Source: Eledone cirrhosa (lineage: Eukaryota). Taken from it: DNA of 64,000 nt. A program made the position numbers and the translations under genes. The stretch spans positions 101,804,001 to 101,868,000 of the forward strand of contig OZ024745.1 in NCBI GenBank assembly GCA_964016885.1, given 5' to 3'. A model generated the notes under the pieces. It did not search any database. It was not told the DNA's origin and worked only from the letters and a program-made list of their open reading frames with translations. The first letter of the stretch is position 1; every line of letters starts with the position of its first letter. Below are positions 37,271 through 50,449 of the stretch, in pieces.

Positions 37271-38358
37271 GAGTCAATGACCAACAGTCTCCCTAGTTCT
37301 GGTGTCACAATAGGGTGTCAATGAGGTGGTTAGTGTTAGGAAGGTTTCCAGCAGTAGAGACCATTCCAAAATGGGGTTGAGGAATCCCATCAGTCATCTG
37401 CTACCCCAAAAAACACACCCAGTACACCTGTAAGATGGTTGGTGTTAGGAAAGTCATCCAGTGGTACAAACCATGCCAAAAAGGGTCAGAATGAATCTTC
37501 TTTTGTTTCAAGAGTATGACAACTGCTCCAGTGTTGGTGACCTGATAAAACACACCCAGTCCATTCTGTAAAGTGGTTGGTGATAGGAAAGGCATCCAGC
37601 TGTAAACAATTTGCTAAACAAAGGATAGAGAGGAGTCTTCAGTTGTGTCAGCGACATTACAACCTCCATGGTGATGATGCCACCATAAAATGCACCCAGT
37701 TCACTCTTTAAAGTGCAGCAATGTATGTAAACAAGATGTGACCCTTAGCCTGTCTGAGATCAGTTGCTCTGATTAAGTATCGACTTGGTCTATGATGACC
37801 CATCCAACCTTTGCTATCAAGGAAAATTGATGTTAAATGATGATAATGATGATATATATTTACTGTATTTAGCATAAAACTTCTTTGATTTCCAACCATT
37901 TTTCTGTATTTGGAAATTTGATAGTGTAAGCAACTAGGAGTACTGATGTGGAAAGGAGAAGAAAAAAAATGGCATTTTATCGATTTTACTGTACTGATCA
38001 AGTTGGAAGGATTAAAATGTCATGTTATGTTAAAAATTATCTATATTGTTTTCAGGGAACGGATTTCCTTTTTATGTTGTATTTTTTCTACGATCGAGGC
38101 AGAGGAATTATAGTTGTTTTGTTTTGTTTGTTAATCCAGTATTTTAGTTTTTAGCTGATATAAAATTGTGTAGATGTAAATAAAAACAGAGTGGTATGTG
38201 ATATCATAGTATTTACTCTCAGCATATTTCTTTGCACTGTATTGAGCATATGTTAGCGTTTTGGTTTTTAAAACTATTACATCCATGTTTATTGAAGAAT
38301 ATGAAATTTCAGTGTAGGGTTTTCTAGGGGGATATCTTTTAAAATAGATATCTTATAT

Positions 38359-38448
<90 letters not shown>

Positions 38449-38450
<2 letters not shown>

Positions 38451-38804
38451 GATATTAAACAAATGGAAACTATATTTATAAAACCATATTTATTTCATTA
38501 TATATATTTCTGGGATATCATATTAAAAATATGGTATGCCTTCCTCAGACAAAATACAATACATAAGCTGTTTTATAAATAATTTTGACATACCTTATAA
38601 TAATGCAACTTCCATTTAAAAAGTTGAAAACTTTTTAAATGGAAGTTGCATTATTATAAGGTATGTCAACGAAATAAATATGGTTTTATAAATATAGTTT
38701 CCATTTGTTTAATATCGTAAACCTACTCCAGAAACTGTTGAGTGCTTTTATATCAGTTATAAAATATTTACTCGTTGTAACCCAACAATTTTAAATAAAA
38801 CTTT

Positions 38805-38810
<6 letters not shown>
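38449..38810. mobile_element. Nested fold-back Penelope-type insertion in (TA)n
   Basis: Outer arms 38449-38496 and 38671-38718; inner perfect 41-bp hairpin 38585-38625 and 38629-38669 with a GAA loop; tail to about 38808. Confidence 0.85.
38493..38554 (-). ncRNA. Type I hammerhead ribozyme
   Basis: TTTTGT CTGAGGA A GGCATACCATATT TTT AATATGATATCCC A GAAA TATATA TA^ATGAAA (ACGAAA in the sister arm). Confidence 0.72.
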
Positions 38811-38845
<35 letters not shown>

Positions 38846-39439
38846 TCATCATTTCATTTTACGTCCGCTTTTTCCCTGCTTGCAAGGGTGGGACGGGAAC
38901 TGATGCTGGCTTGATTTCTACAGCTGGATGCCCCAATATATATATTGAACCCGGGATAAACCTATCTTATATATATATATAAATATATATTTTGACAGTC
39001 AATCAACAAGATCCCAGACCTTACTCGCTTAACAAATGAGGTGGAGCTCATCAAATTGGACTGAGGAAACAATGTTTCCATTGGCCTTTCCAATTGTTAA
39101 TACTATCGGTCAGTCGCAACTCCAGGCAGAAGGAGCAACATGAAATAAAGTGTCTTGCTCAAGGACATAATGCATCACCCAGTCCTGGTATTGAACTCAC
39201 AACCTCACGATTGTGGATCCCATTCTCTAACCACTCAGCCATACACCATCACATATATTACATATTATTTATTTATGTTCCTACATCGAACAAAGACACT
39301 ACTCAAGGTTTCAAAGCACAAATTTGGCCATATTTCAAGAATACAAGAGGTATCAAATAAGTGACCATTCTTCAAGTGCTTATACGAGTTTATAAGATCC
39401 TAATATATAATATTTCTGCTTTCTTCCTGATTGACCACT

Positions 39440-41040
39440 ATTTTCCTTTTTCAAGCTGTTCAGTTGTTACATTGATGACTGTTTTGGTGCCACATCTCTC
39501 ACTCGAGCCCAGCTTGACTCCTGTTTGTCCTTTCTCTGCTCCTTCCACCCCACCCCCAAGTTCCCCACCTTTATCTCCACCTCTGTCAACTTTCTGGACA
39601 TCTCTGTGTCCATTGACCCTTCCAATCGTTTCCTTATCGCCTCCGCCTAACTTCAAGCCTACCTCGACTTCTCACACATCACCCACGCCAAACATTAAAT
39701 CCCCTTTTCCCAATTCCTTCGTCTACGCCACCTGTGTAGTTGAACCCGTTGTCTGGCCAAGAGATTTGCTGAACATCTTTGGGACATCCAGGTCGGGAAC
39801 CCAACTCTGATCTCTCGACATTTTCGATCTGCCAGCCACTCCACACACCACCTCAGTGTCTTCAGGCTCGCACATTGTGCTGGACCCGCTGACTTACACT
39901 GGCGTAGAGAACAGCAACTTATATTTTCTTTACAAACCTTTCACCCCCCTTGCCTTAATGCCCCACCCATCTTTCTATTATCTGCTCTACCATATACTCT
40001 CAAACACACACTAAGCTTACTTCCTCTATCCTATGTCACAAACTCATTAAAACATACATATAAATCACAGTTAGATACTTTACACATACACAATATAAAC
40101 TTCAACATACATACACACATTAAAATTTAATCATACACTTACACATACAAATCCACACATCTCACTGAAATACTCAAACTCTGCCAGATACTTTACACAC
40201 ACGCAAAATAAACTTCAATGCACATATACAGTACACTTATTCAAACTTACATTCACTCACACGTAAAAATCCAGTACCACACACCACACAGATATATGCA
40301 TAACACACACAAACTTTGATACTTTACATAATAAACTTTAAAAAAAAACACACATTTAAACCTCATCATCATCATTCTTCGACTACTGTCGAGATGATGG
40401 ATCTCACTCTCCTGCCCCAGAATTCCCTGTCCCCCATCGCTGCCCCCAGGTCCTGTCTACTGATTCCCGTATCCCTAGAGATCATTATGATCAGAAACAG
40501 GACCCGGGAAAGCAGGGGCTGGACCTATATCAACAGGTATACCATATAGTGTGGTTCCCTGAGGAACAGGAACCCTGGTGCAGTTAGTTGCGAAATCCAT
40601 CATCTTTTCAAATAGCTAATAATGTGTGTCGGCGCCACTACTACACACATGTGAAAGAATTTGACAGCCACTCGGACATAATATCAACACTAATACACTC
40701 ACATTTCACTTTGCATTCCAAAATCGTTACCAAGACTATCTAACGGTTTCTTTTGTCTACTCTTATTATTTTCGTTTTTTTTTACTTGGACTACCTTTTA
40801 TTTTCTGTATCTATCCTTTGTACTCCTGAAGAAGGGTGGCACGTCGAACTTTCTTTCTCTTTTTCCATATAAAGTGTGAAACTAATAAGACTTTTTGCAT
40901 CTCTGTTCTGTTGTTTCCTTGAACTATATATGTATATTATAAAGAGTCGGGACCCAAGCAGCTGAGCTCTTGCTGTTATAACGGCTAGTTCCAGTCTCTT
41001 TATAATATAACCATACGCTACTATCCCCAAAATCCATCTT
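39440..41040 (+). mobile_element. Internally deleted, decayed Penelope retrotransposon (RT, GIY-YIG endonuclease C-terminus, long 3' region)
   Basis: YIDDCFGATSL (39468), VNFLDISV, KPT, PFSQFLRLRHLCS, then TRCLAKRFAEHL.DI and SRHFRSASHS..LSVF...REQQLIFSLQTFHPPCLN; decayed CTGAAGA hammerhead start at 40826. Confidence 0.85.
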
Positions 41041-41062
41041 TATTTATATATATATATACATT

Positions 41063-41499
41063 GAAGGCTCATGGCTTAGTGGTTAGAGCATTGGGCTTGC
41101 AATCGAAAGGTTGTGAGTTCAATTCTCAGACCGGATGATGTGTTGTTTCCTTGAGCAAGACACTTTATTTCACATTGCTCCAGTTTACTCAGCTGTAGAA
41201 ATAAGATGATAGGACTGGAGTCCCTATCATTCCACTGCAAAGTGGTCGTGGAGGTGCCACGACAAAGAAGCACCCAGCCCACACTGTAAAGTGGACGTGT
41301 AGGCGCCATGGAAAAAAAGCACCCAGCACTCACTGTAAATGAGGTTGGTGTTAGGAAGAGCATCCCGCTGTAGAAATCAAGCCAGAATCAGGTCCCGTAT
41401 GAGCAAGACAAGGTCAGCCGACCGGACACTGCCCACAACAGGACAACCCGTCTAACCCATGCTAGTGTGGAAGAACTGACGTAAAACGGGGATGATGAT
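41063..41499 (+). mobile_element. tRNA-derived SINE family 1 (long variant)
   Basis: A/B boxes, internal CACTGTAAA..AAAAGCACCCAGC units and the alternative AACCCATGCTAG tail. Confidence 0.9.
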
Positions 41500-43488
41500 A
41501 TGTATATACACACACACACATACACATGCACGCGCGCACACACACACACACACACACATACATATGGGCAAACATAAACATGGCATTGCCATTTATGATC
41601 ATGTGGCTAAGGCTCTGGAATAGCCAAGCACACACACTGATTCATCAGTAAAGTTAACCACCAACATAAATACAAACCTCTTTTCCATTGGCCCAGCTCC
41701 CTTGAATGTCTCATAGTATAGTAATATAATAATTGTTTCTACTTTAGGCACAAGGCCAGCAATTACCCAGTGCATTACTGGTACTTTATTTTATCGACCC
41801 CGTATAGTAATATAATAATATAGTGTATTAACATCAGCGAGGTGTTAATATCTTATGCCAATCCCACAGAAATGCACACAATGGAGTTTGAAAGCTATCA
41901 CTGTCTAGAAAATTAATTTAGAGTATTGATTTGAACAAATAATTCTATAGTTTATATATATACACGTGTGTGTGTGTGTGTGTGTCCAACGCATGCAATC
42001 ATGGGAAAATGGATGTAAAAACGATGATGATATATTTCAATTCCTATCAGATACTGTGAAATCTTAACCAAATCTTGAGAGATGTTTTGCTCGGTTATTT
42101 TATCTTATATAAACAAATATATCTTATTTCATATAAACAAATCTCTCTTATCTTATATAAATAACTATATTGTATCACATATAAACAAATATAAGGCATG
42201 GCTGATACTTATATTTTAGCTACAGTCTAGATATATTAATATAGATGAATGAAATGTATCCCTAACATTTTCTACGTTATTTCCAAAAGAAATCCTTTAT
42301 TATTTACTGTTGTTCGATGTTGCAATTTTTAATCTGAAGTGTATTATATGTGCAGACTTTATCTCTATAGAAATATTTCTGTGGTCTCATGCTGATACTC
42401 TATTGCTATATATATGCAATAGCTATATTTCTTTAAAATATTCAATATATTTCTTTAAAATTAGTTGATCTCTATAATTCATTTTCTGCTATTTATTCAT
42501 GAACATTTTTCAAAAATTTCTTTTTCTAATCTTGGATCTGATGTCTGAGTAAAATGAGGGGCCTCCTTGATTAGAAGAACTTTTGTAGATGCCTAATTGT
42601 GTCTATTTTTGTGCAGGTGCAACATGATCAGATACTTCATCTTGGGCAAGTGCCTTTTATCATATCTTCGGATTGGCCCAAAGCTTTTTGAGTGAGTTTT
42701 GGTAGGCAGAAACTGTTTGAAAGCCTGTTGGATGAACTGTAAATGTTAGTTCAAAGTACCAACTTAGCCACACACTGTGTCTTGTTGAATCTCCCCCAAA
42801 AATATATCAAGGGTTCACATGTCTGTGTCATGCCCAGCCACTAGCACATTAATTTCAAGATTTGGCAGTTCTATTGATTGAACAAATGGAACAATCATCA
42901 TTCTAGTTTGGTACTCCACACATCTGACTTCTAACCTTATAGTCAGCACTGTCTTTCAGGAATGTGAATACCTATCCCAACAATCTAGAAGGGTGGTGAT
43001 TGGTGGAATCATTAGATAATCAAACAAAATACTTTGTAGCTTTCAATTATGGCCCTTTTATGTTCTGAGTTCAAATACTTCCGAGGTCAGCTTTATCTTT
43101 TATCCTTCCGTGGTTGATAAAATGAAGTACCAGTAAAGGACTGAGAGGTTCATTTAATCGACTTTCCCCTCCCACATATTTAATGGCCTTGTGCCTATGC
43201 TAGAATCAATCAATATTTATGCCAACAATCTAGAAAAAAAATGATGTAGTCAAAGTATTGATTGATCTACATTGGTTTGGTATTTCTTCATACCACAATT
43301 CATCTACCTATGAATCATGGAAATAATCAAATTACATTATATTTAGTAAAGGCATAAAACAACTTGATACATATATTTTAACAGAATTTATGAAACAGCT
43401 TACTCACAAGTCTTTGGCCAACACTACACCTGATATTCCCCCTCCAGAAACACGCATGCATGTATCTGTGTGTATATCATGACTCATA

Positions 43489-43590
43489 CGCTGTTCACTT
43501 TCTTGACATTTGTAGATTATTCTATGTACTATACATGCACCTTTGATCAGTTGTAGTGCACCTGAGCATTGTACACAATTTTTATTATTA
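43489..43590 (+). repeat. Retroposon 3'-end fragment with an inverted partner at about 45625-45715
   Basis: GTACTATACATGCACC...GTAGTGCACCTGAGCA.TGTACACAA plus (ATT)n, present in both orientations. Confidence 0.75.
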
Positions 43591-43593
43591 TAT

Positions 43594-43935
43594 GGAGGCA
43601 CATGGCTTAGTGGTTAGCGCATTGGTCTTGCAATCGAAAGGTTGTAAGTTCAATTCTCAGACCGGGTGATGTGTTGTTTCCTTGAGCAAGACACTTTATT
43701 TCACATTGCTCCAGTTTACTCAGCTGTAGAAATGAGATGATAGGGACTGGGGTCCATATCATTCCACTGTAAAGTGGTCGTGGAGATGCTACGGCAAAAA
43801 AGCACCCAGCACTCACTGTAAATGAGGTTGGTGTTAGGAAGGGCATCCAGCTGTAGAAATCAAACCAGCATCAGTTCCCGTCCCACCCTTGCAAGCAGGG
43901 AAAAAGCGGACGTAAAATGAAATGATGATGATGAT
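43594..43935 (+). mobile_element. tRNA-derived SINE family 1
   Basis: Full-length copy. Partial copies at about 8090-8290, 13095-13302, 15959-16130, 22868-23135(-), 23822-24057, 33968-34200(-), 38842-38933(-) and 39130-39245(-). Confidence 0.9.
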
Positions 43936-44528
43936 TATTATTATTATAAGTATGGCAGTATCGATAGTGGGTCGGACGCCATGCTTTGCAGCAAAGAGTT
44001 ACGGCCCTTTATGGTCTGAGTTCAAATTTTGCCGCGGTTAACTTTGCCTTTCATCCTTACAGGGTCGATAAAATAAAGTACCAGTAATACACTGAGATGA
44101 TTACTGGCCTTGTGACAAAAGTAGAAACAATTATTATTATATTAGTAAAACATCTTACGCCATGTTGCTCAGATAATTGTTAGTGTTTATTTAACATTTT
44201 CACTACCATATTTTTAATGTAAGACGTACTTTTACTCTTTTACTAGCTTCACACATTTTACTGTAACTGTATTGATGCACTACCTTGAATTAGTTGTTCG
44301 TGTCGACCCTAGTATTTATGTTTTTCAAGAATGCTAATTTGACCTTTAGCACGCTAGAAATGTTTATGAATTGCTGCCCTTGACTCTGCATTATATAGTA
44401 AAGGGAGATTACTTTATTGGCAACATAAGGCGCTTAGAGCGTAGTGAAGGTTAATTTATCATTCTCAATTTTGTTAAAGTTACAGGACATAAAGACCGGT
44501 GCATGTTTACATATATATATATATATAT

Positions 44529-44722
44529 ATAGTTATGTAATAAACAACATAAGGCAATTATTACATTTACCAGTGGTTTCTTAAAAGCAAAAAATCCTGG
44601 TCTGTTTATTGATATTGGATTTTAAAAACCTTATTGCCTTATGTTGTTTATTACATAGCTATTAAGCTCTGTTACCTACATAGAGCACTCTTTTTTCCTG
44701 GACTTTTCCGACGGAATTACTT
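44529..44722. mobile_element. Fold-back Penelope-type insertion in (TA)n with hammerhead 3' half only
   Basis: 30-bp arms at 44529-44558 and 44633-44662; minus strand GAAA CCACTGG TA; tail to about 44722. Confidence 0.65.
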
Positions 44723-46841
44723 CATATATATATATATACACACGAGTGGGTTGGTATTAGGAAGGGCATCCAGCTGTAGAAAACCTGCCAGACAGTCCAC
44801 GCTGTAATGTGGCCGTGTAGGCAACACGGTAAAAACCTCCCAGCCCCACACTGTAAATGTGGTTGGTGTTAGGAAGGGCATCCAACTGTAGAAAACCCGC
44901 CAGACAGTCCTATGCGAGCAAGACAACCACTCTTGCCTCAAGTGGGAAAACTCCCGTCCAAACCCATGCAAGCATGGAACACGGACGTTAAACGATGATG
45001 ATGATGATACGAGGTGTGTTAGAAAAGTTCCAGGACTGATGTCACAAAAGGTTTATTTTGCTAGAACTGAATCTAAAATGACATTCTTGTGAAACCAACT
45101 CCTTAAGCCTCACAGCCCATGCCTGTGCTTGTGATTTTGAAATCATTTTGAAAATAATCAGGAATTTGTAGTGATTTAGTAATATAACTGACTTTTCTCA
45201 ATATTAAGATGATGTTTGAAGCAAAACTTAACAAAGGTTCCTACATAAAATTATGATGGAAAGTTTTTTTTAGATAAATACAAACACTTTAAAATAATTT
45301 TTCATATCATAGAACCAAATATGGTTAATTTCCCAATTTAGGATATATGTGAAGATATAGGGTGAAAAGGAATATGATTTTACAGAGAGGGAGAGAAGAA
45401 AAATTTCTTTTTTCACCTGTTGAAAGAAATATTTTTCATTTCTTGCTCTCAGACAAAGGATAATTCTTGAAATTTCAACTTTCTTTGCTTTCAATGTCAT
45501 ATTAGTGTCTGAGTGAACTTCACTGTAGAAATTTTACTGACGCAAAACACTATTAGTTTCCTCAAGTTATCTTTTTTCCTTTTTTTACATCTTTTTTACA
45601 TTTAAATCATCTGCTTGAGCACATGATAATAATGAAATTGTTGTGTACAGTGCTCAGGTGCACTACTACTCATCAACGGTGCATGTATAGTACATAGAAT
45701 AATGTACAAATGTTTGCAGCACTTTTAAATGTAATCACAAATTACCTGATTAATGACATTTACACCTGATTATATTATTAAATCTAATATGAGTCAAATG
45801 AAGGTGCTTCTATGTGGTCATTCCAGCTGCTAGAAATAGCAACTGAATTTCCTCAGATTTCCTCTTGCCATCTTGGAAATGGTGGCATTGGATAATGTGA
45901 TCCTGGTTTCTCTGCATATAGGAAACATGTAGCATGATTAGTAAGAAAGTGAAAACATTTAATAGTAACTCTCTTCCCCTCCCCCACTGTGTTAGGAGAC
46001 ATTCTCCCTAAGTGTCATGCAGAACTGAAAACCATGTGGTTGTGGTGCAAAGTCCTTACATTTATTTATCATTTGTTTAAACATGATATTATTTACAGTA
46101 ACAATAATAATAATAATGGTTTCTACTATAAGCACAAGGCCAGCAATGTTTGGGTGTGGAAAGTCGATTAAATCGACCCAGTGCATGACTGGTACTTATT
46201 CTATCGACCCCCGTAAGGATGAAAGGCAAAGTTAACCTTGGCAGGATTTGAACTCAGATCCTAAAGGGCCGTAACTCTATGCTGCAAAGCATGGCATCTG
46301 ACCCTCTACCGATACTGCCAATGACAACTATCATGACAGCAATGATAAAAATTTAAAAAAAGGGAAACAAAGGGAGAGAAAGAATAGGGAAATATAGAGA
46401 AAAAGAGAGAAAAAAAGAAGAAAAAGAACGGGAAGGGGAGGGCATGGTAAGAGCTCTGATGTTGCAGAAGAGAAAGGAGGAGTGAAGGGAGAGGGTGATT
46501 GGGCTTTGGGCCTAGGGCAAGAGGGCAGAAGTGCTGCGCCACGTGGACAAGACGGCAAAAGCATACCCGCGGACGACGGCCAGTAACACCCGCTGCTGTT
46601 TTGGAATTAAATTTAACCCAACTTTGCTTGAAACTAATATACATCATGTAGAAATTTATGAAACTGAACATACTCAAATAATATGTAAAGTTATGAAATA
46701 TTGCTTAAAACTGTAAAGTAGCTTCCAGATTATTGAAGTATGTAATATATATAATAACATGTGTAATAACAATAGAATATAATGTCCTACTGACTAACCT
46801 GAGTCATAAATATTTCTCTCATTACTATTGTGTGTGTTTAT

Positions 46842-46945
<104 letters not shown>

Positions 46946-47844
46946 GCATATATATATATATATGCACACATGCATATATATATATATGCACACATACATA
47001 TATATATATATGCACACATACATACTGTACCGTTTGTGTTGTTTTTTCTGTTTACCTTTTATATTTTTCCCACTTGAGGCAAGAGTGGTTGTCTTAGTCC
47101 TATGCGAGCAAGACAACCACTCTTGCCTCAAGTGGGAAAACTCCCATCCAAACCCATGCAAGCGTGGAACATGGACGTTAAATGATAATGATGATGATGA
47201 TATACATATATATATATGCACCGACACACATGCCCACAGATATTATAATGTTTATGGATTGCTTGCCAAAGTAAGTTGTTCTCATAATAGTTATATAAAA
47301 TGGAGAATTTCAAGAGAGAGAACATTTGAATTAGAATATTTGTAGCTTTTTACCAAAACTCTTATCAATGTCATTGAAATAAAATGACCCCCAGCTAGGA
47401 ATCAAGATCAGACTTACCTTTCTACTACATTCTCAAACCATTATTGACACTTAGATTAATATATGAATATATGAATTATTATAATCGTTGTTGTTGTTGT
47501 TGTTGTTGTTAAGACAGTGGATTATCAGAAATGTTAGACCCCCACCGCCGTCTCAGGTAAAATACTTTGTCATATTTGTTTCAGCTTTTGGACATTCTAA
47601 GTTCAAATCCTGAAGGTAAACTTTGTACCTGTCAAGTATCATCAATTTAGTCAATTTAAATGTTGGCCATTGTACATCATCATCATATGTCCTCTTTCCA
47701 TGCTGTCAGAGGCTGGATGGATTGTCACAGAGAAACACATCTTGCTCATATATTCCATATTTTAGTTTGGTTTCTGTAGCTAGATGACCTTTCAAACATC
47801 AACCACTTTACTGAGTAAACTGGGGGAATTGTATAGTGGCATGG

Positions 47845-48230
47845 GCACTTCCAATTTATAGAGTACTGGGTGCATTTTATTGACATCAACACTTCGACTT
47901 TATAGAGTGTACTAAATGCATTTTATTGTAAAACCAACACTTCTACTTTATAGAGTGTACCAGGTACATTTTATTGTGAAACCAACACTTCTACTTTATA
48001 GAGTGTACCAGGTACATTTTATTGTGAAACCAACACTTCTACTTTATAGAGTGTACCAGGTACATTTTATTGTGAAACCAACACTTCTACTTTATAGAGT
48101 GTACCAGCTACATTTTATTGTGAAACTAACATTTCTACTTTATAGAGTGTACCAGGTACATTTTATTGTAAAACCAACACTTCTACTTTATAGAGTGTAC
48201 CAGGTACATTTTATTGTGATACCAACACTT
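47845..48230 (+). repeat. 48-bp minisatellite, about 7-8 copies
   Basis: Unit CATTTTATTGTGAAACCAACACTTCTACTTTATAGAGTGTACCAGGTA, continuous with a decayed SINE at 47675-47880. Confidence 0.95.
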
Positions 48231-48266
48231 AAGAAGTTTAGTTCAATGCAAGACTATAGACAATAT

Positions 48267-48306
<40 letters not shown>

Positions 48307-48844
48307 CAACACCACTACTACTACTATTGCAATATATTGAAATATCAGACATATGCATAAGATCTTAGCAAAATAGTGCTATCACATTTTATTAAAATTA
48401 TTACTTGTATGTTTTCAAATAACACCAACAGTACAACAATGCTGCCAGAACCACCATTACCATTACCACCGCCATTTACAATCACAGTACCATACATTAT
48501 TAAGATGTCTGATTAAAGTATACCTATAGAATTGGTGCCAAACAATATTGTTGGTCTGATTTTTCTATTGAAATTCCAACAAGCATTACATCTTAGTCAA
48601 CACTTTTTCAAATTGTGTCACCACCATCACAATCTCATCTGCTGCCAAAACCACCACCACCACCTATACTTTCAGCACCTTCATAGCCATCTTTTCTAGC
48701 ATGACTGCTGCTGCTATCATCATGATGGAGACAGCCACCACCACATCCACCTCCTTCACCACCATAGCCACCTTCACCACCACAGCCTCAGCCACCTCCA
48801 CCACCACCACAGCAGCCACCTCCACAGCCACACTTATGCATGTA

Positions 48845-49140
48845 TGGAGGGGCAATATCAGATGTAGTGTTGGCGAATTTCAAGAAGCATGGACATTTTA
48901 AAGAATGCAGTGTCCTGACAGCTAACAACTGATGCAGGCAGTTTGTTCCATGCTTCAGCAACTCTGGGCATGAAAAGATATCTCTGAAAATCATGGGAAT
49001 GCTACTGTTTTCTGATTTTTGTAAGTATGTCCATGGGTGTTAGACATATGGAATTCAAAATGGTGCCCAGGGTTGTTGTTGGAAAGATGGTTAATAATGG
49101 GTGTGTTCCAAGTCAGTTGCCAGACGTCAGAGCTTTAATG
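48845..49140 (-). mobile_element. CR1-clade LINE 3' fragment
   Basis: HGHTYK...FQRYLFMPRVAEAWNKLPASVVSCQDTAFFK matches the CR1 C-terminal GH..K/WN.LP..VV pattern. Confidence 0.75.
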
Positions 49141-50232
49141 TATCTATACCCAGGGAAACAAGGACTGCTTGAAGTGTATACCCTTTTGCTATTTGTGAAT
49201 TGTGGGTTCAGTATTGATGAATGGTTAAGACGTTTGCTTCAAAATCATTAATTCCCAGGTTTAATTTCAGTGTATGACATCATAAACATGTGCTACTTGC
49301 CCTAGCCACAGGTCAACCTATGCCTTCTGAGTGAAATTAGGTTGACAGAAACTGTTTAAAAGCCCATACAATGGACTGTTCCTTGTCACACACTATGTCT
49401 TACTGCATCTGCCTGAGAATTCTGTTAAGTATACACATCTTTGTGGAGTGCTCAGCCATCTACATGTTAATTTCATGAGCAGGGTTGTTTCATTGAACAA
49501 ATAACTGGCATACTCATCATTGAAATCAACAGAGATCCATTCCTGTTGTGGGTGGAACATTTTCCATTGTTTAGTAGCTCCATCTTGTGCCATCACCCAT
49601 GACATCTCAAGCTGCTCAGGTTAGGGTTGCACAAGTACATACTAAGACTGACACATCTTTTAGACAATGATGGTGGTGAACAAATAACAGTGAACAGATA
49701 GCAGTGAACAGGTGACAGTGAACAGCTCATATAGTGTATCTTTCCTCCAACTCATTTCTTTTCTTGAGCTCCAGTCCTAGGTCACTTGCAGACCATGGCT
49801 GGGACTTTGGTATCTAGAATGTTAACAGGTGCTCACAGCCCTCTATCAGCTGGAACATATACCTAAATTACAAATCATCATTTCATGTCTGCTCACTCTG
49901 CTATTATCATTTTTTTTTAAATGTCTATTTTCTTAATCTCTGTTACAAATTTATTTTATACCCACCTGCACACACTGTATCGTCTTATACCGTTTTTAAT
50001 GTTTCCTTAATGTGAGCTTTGTGAGGCTAATAAAGAAAGCATTATTGTTATTATTATTATTATGTTGGTGGATTAACAGTATCTGTAGAGTGTCGGACAC
50101 GCTGCTTCGCAGCATAGAGTTACGGCCTTTTATGTTCTGAGTTCAAATCCTGCCAAGGTTAGCTTGGTCTATCATCCCTACGGGAACAATAAAATAAATA
50201 ATAATTTTTTTTTATTATTGGCTAATACTTAA

Positions 50233-50449
50233 CCCTTTAGCATTCACATTACTATATATGCTATTATATTTTCATGGTAAAGGCTTTAGCTCACATAATT
50301 AGTTCACATAATATTGAATCTGAGATTTTGATATTATTTATTTTGAGAACAATACCTGAATATCAATAAGAGTAATCAGTTATGGCAGGTTTGAACAGAA
50401 AGAGGTGAGTTAATTCTGGCCGGATATGGCAGATTTAAATGCTAAAGGG
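50233..50449 (-). mobile_element. piggyBac-type MITE family A
   Basis: TTAA|CCCTTTAGCATT...AATGCTAAAGGG|TTAA in reverse orientation. Confidence 0.88.

Noticed and set aside
39314-39382. Minus-strand GCAC TTGAAGA..TGGTCA/TGGCCA..GTGC motif
   Set aside because: Stems I and II are suggestive but the GAAA/NUH half is missing, so it cannot be called a ribozyme.
40553-40605. CTGAGGA...GAAA hammerhead-like motif
   Set aside because: No single stem II closes the core, and the sequence after the triplet cannot pair to form stem I.
46525-46592. HDV-like ribozyme suggested by TCCACGTGG
   Set aside because: Could not build P1, P2 and P3 pairings on either strand.
47845-48368. CRISPR-like array or 150-aa repeat protein
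   Set aside because: Head-to-tail 48-bp units with no unique spacers, in a eukaryotic context with no cas genes. The ORF is a by-product of a unit length divisible by three.
48664-48901. Thr/Ala-rich mucin-like ORF
   Set aside because: Degenerate (ACC)n/(CAC)n simple repeat next to a CR1 end, with no splice support.
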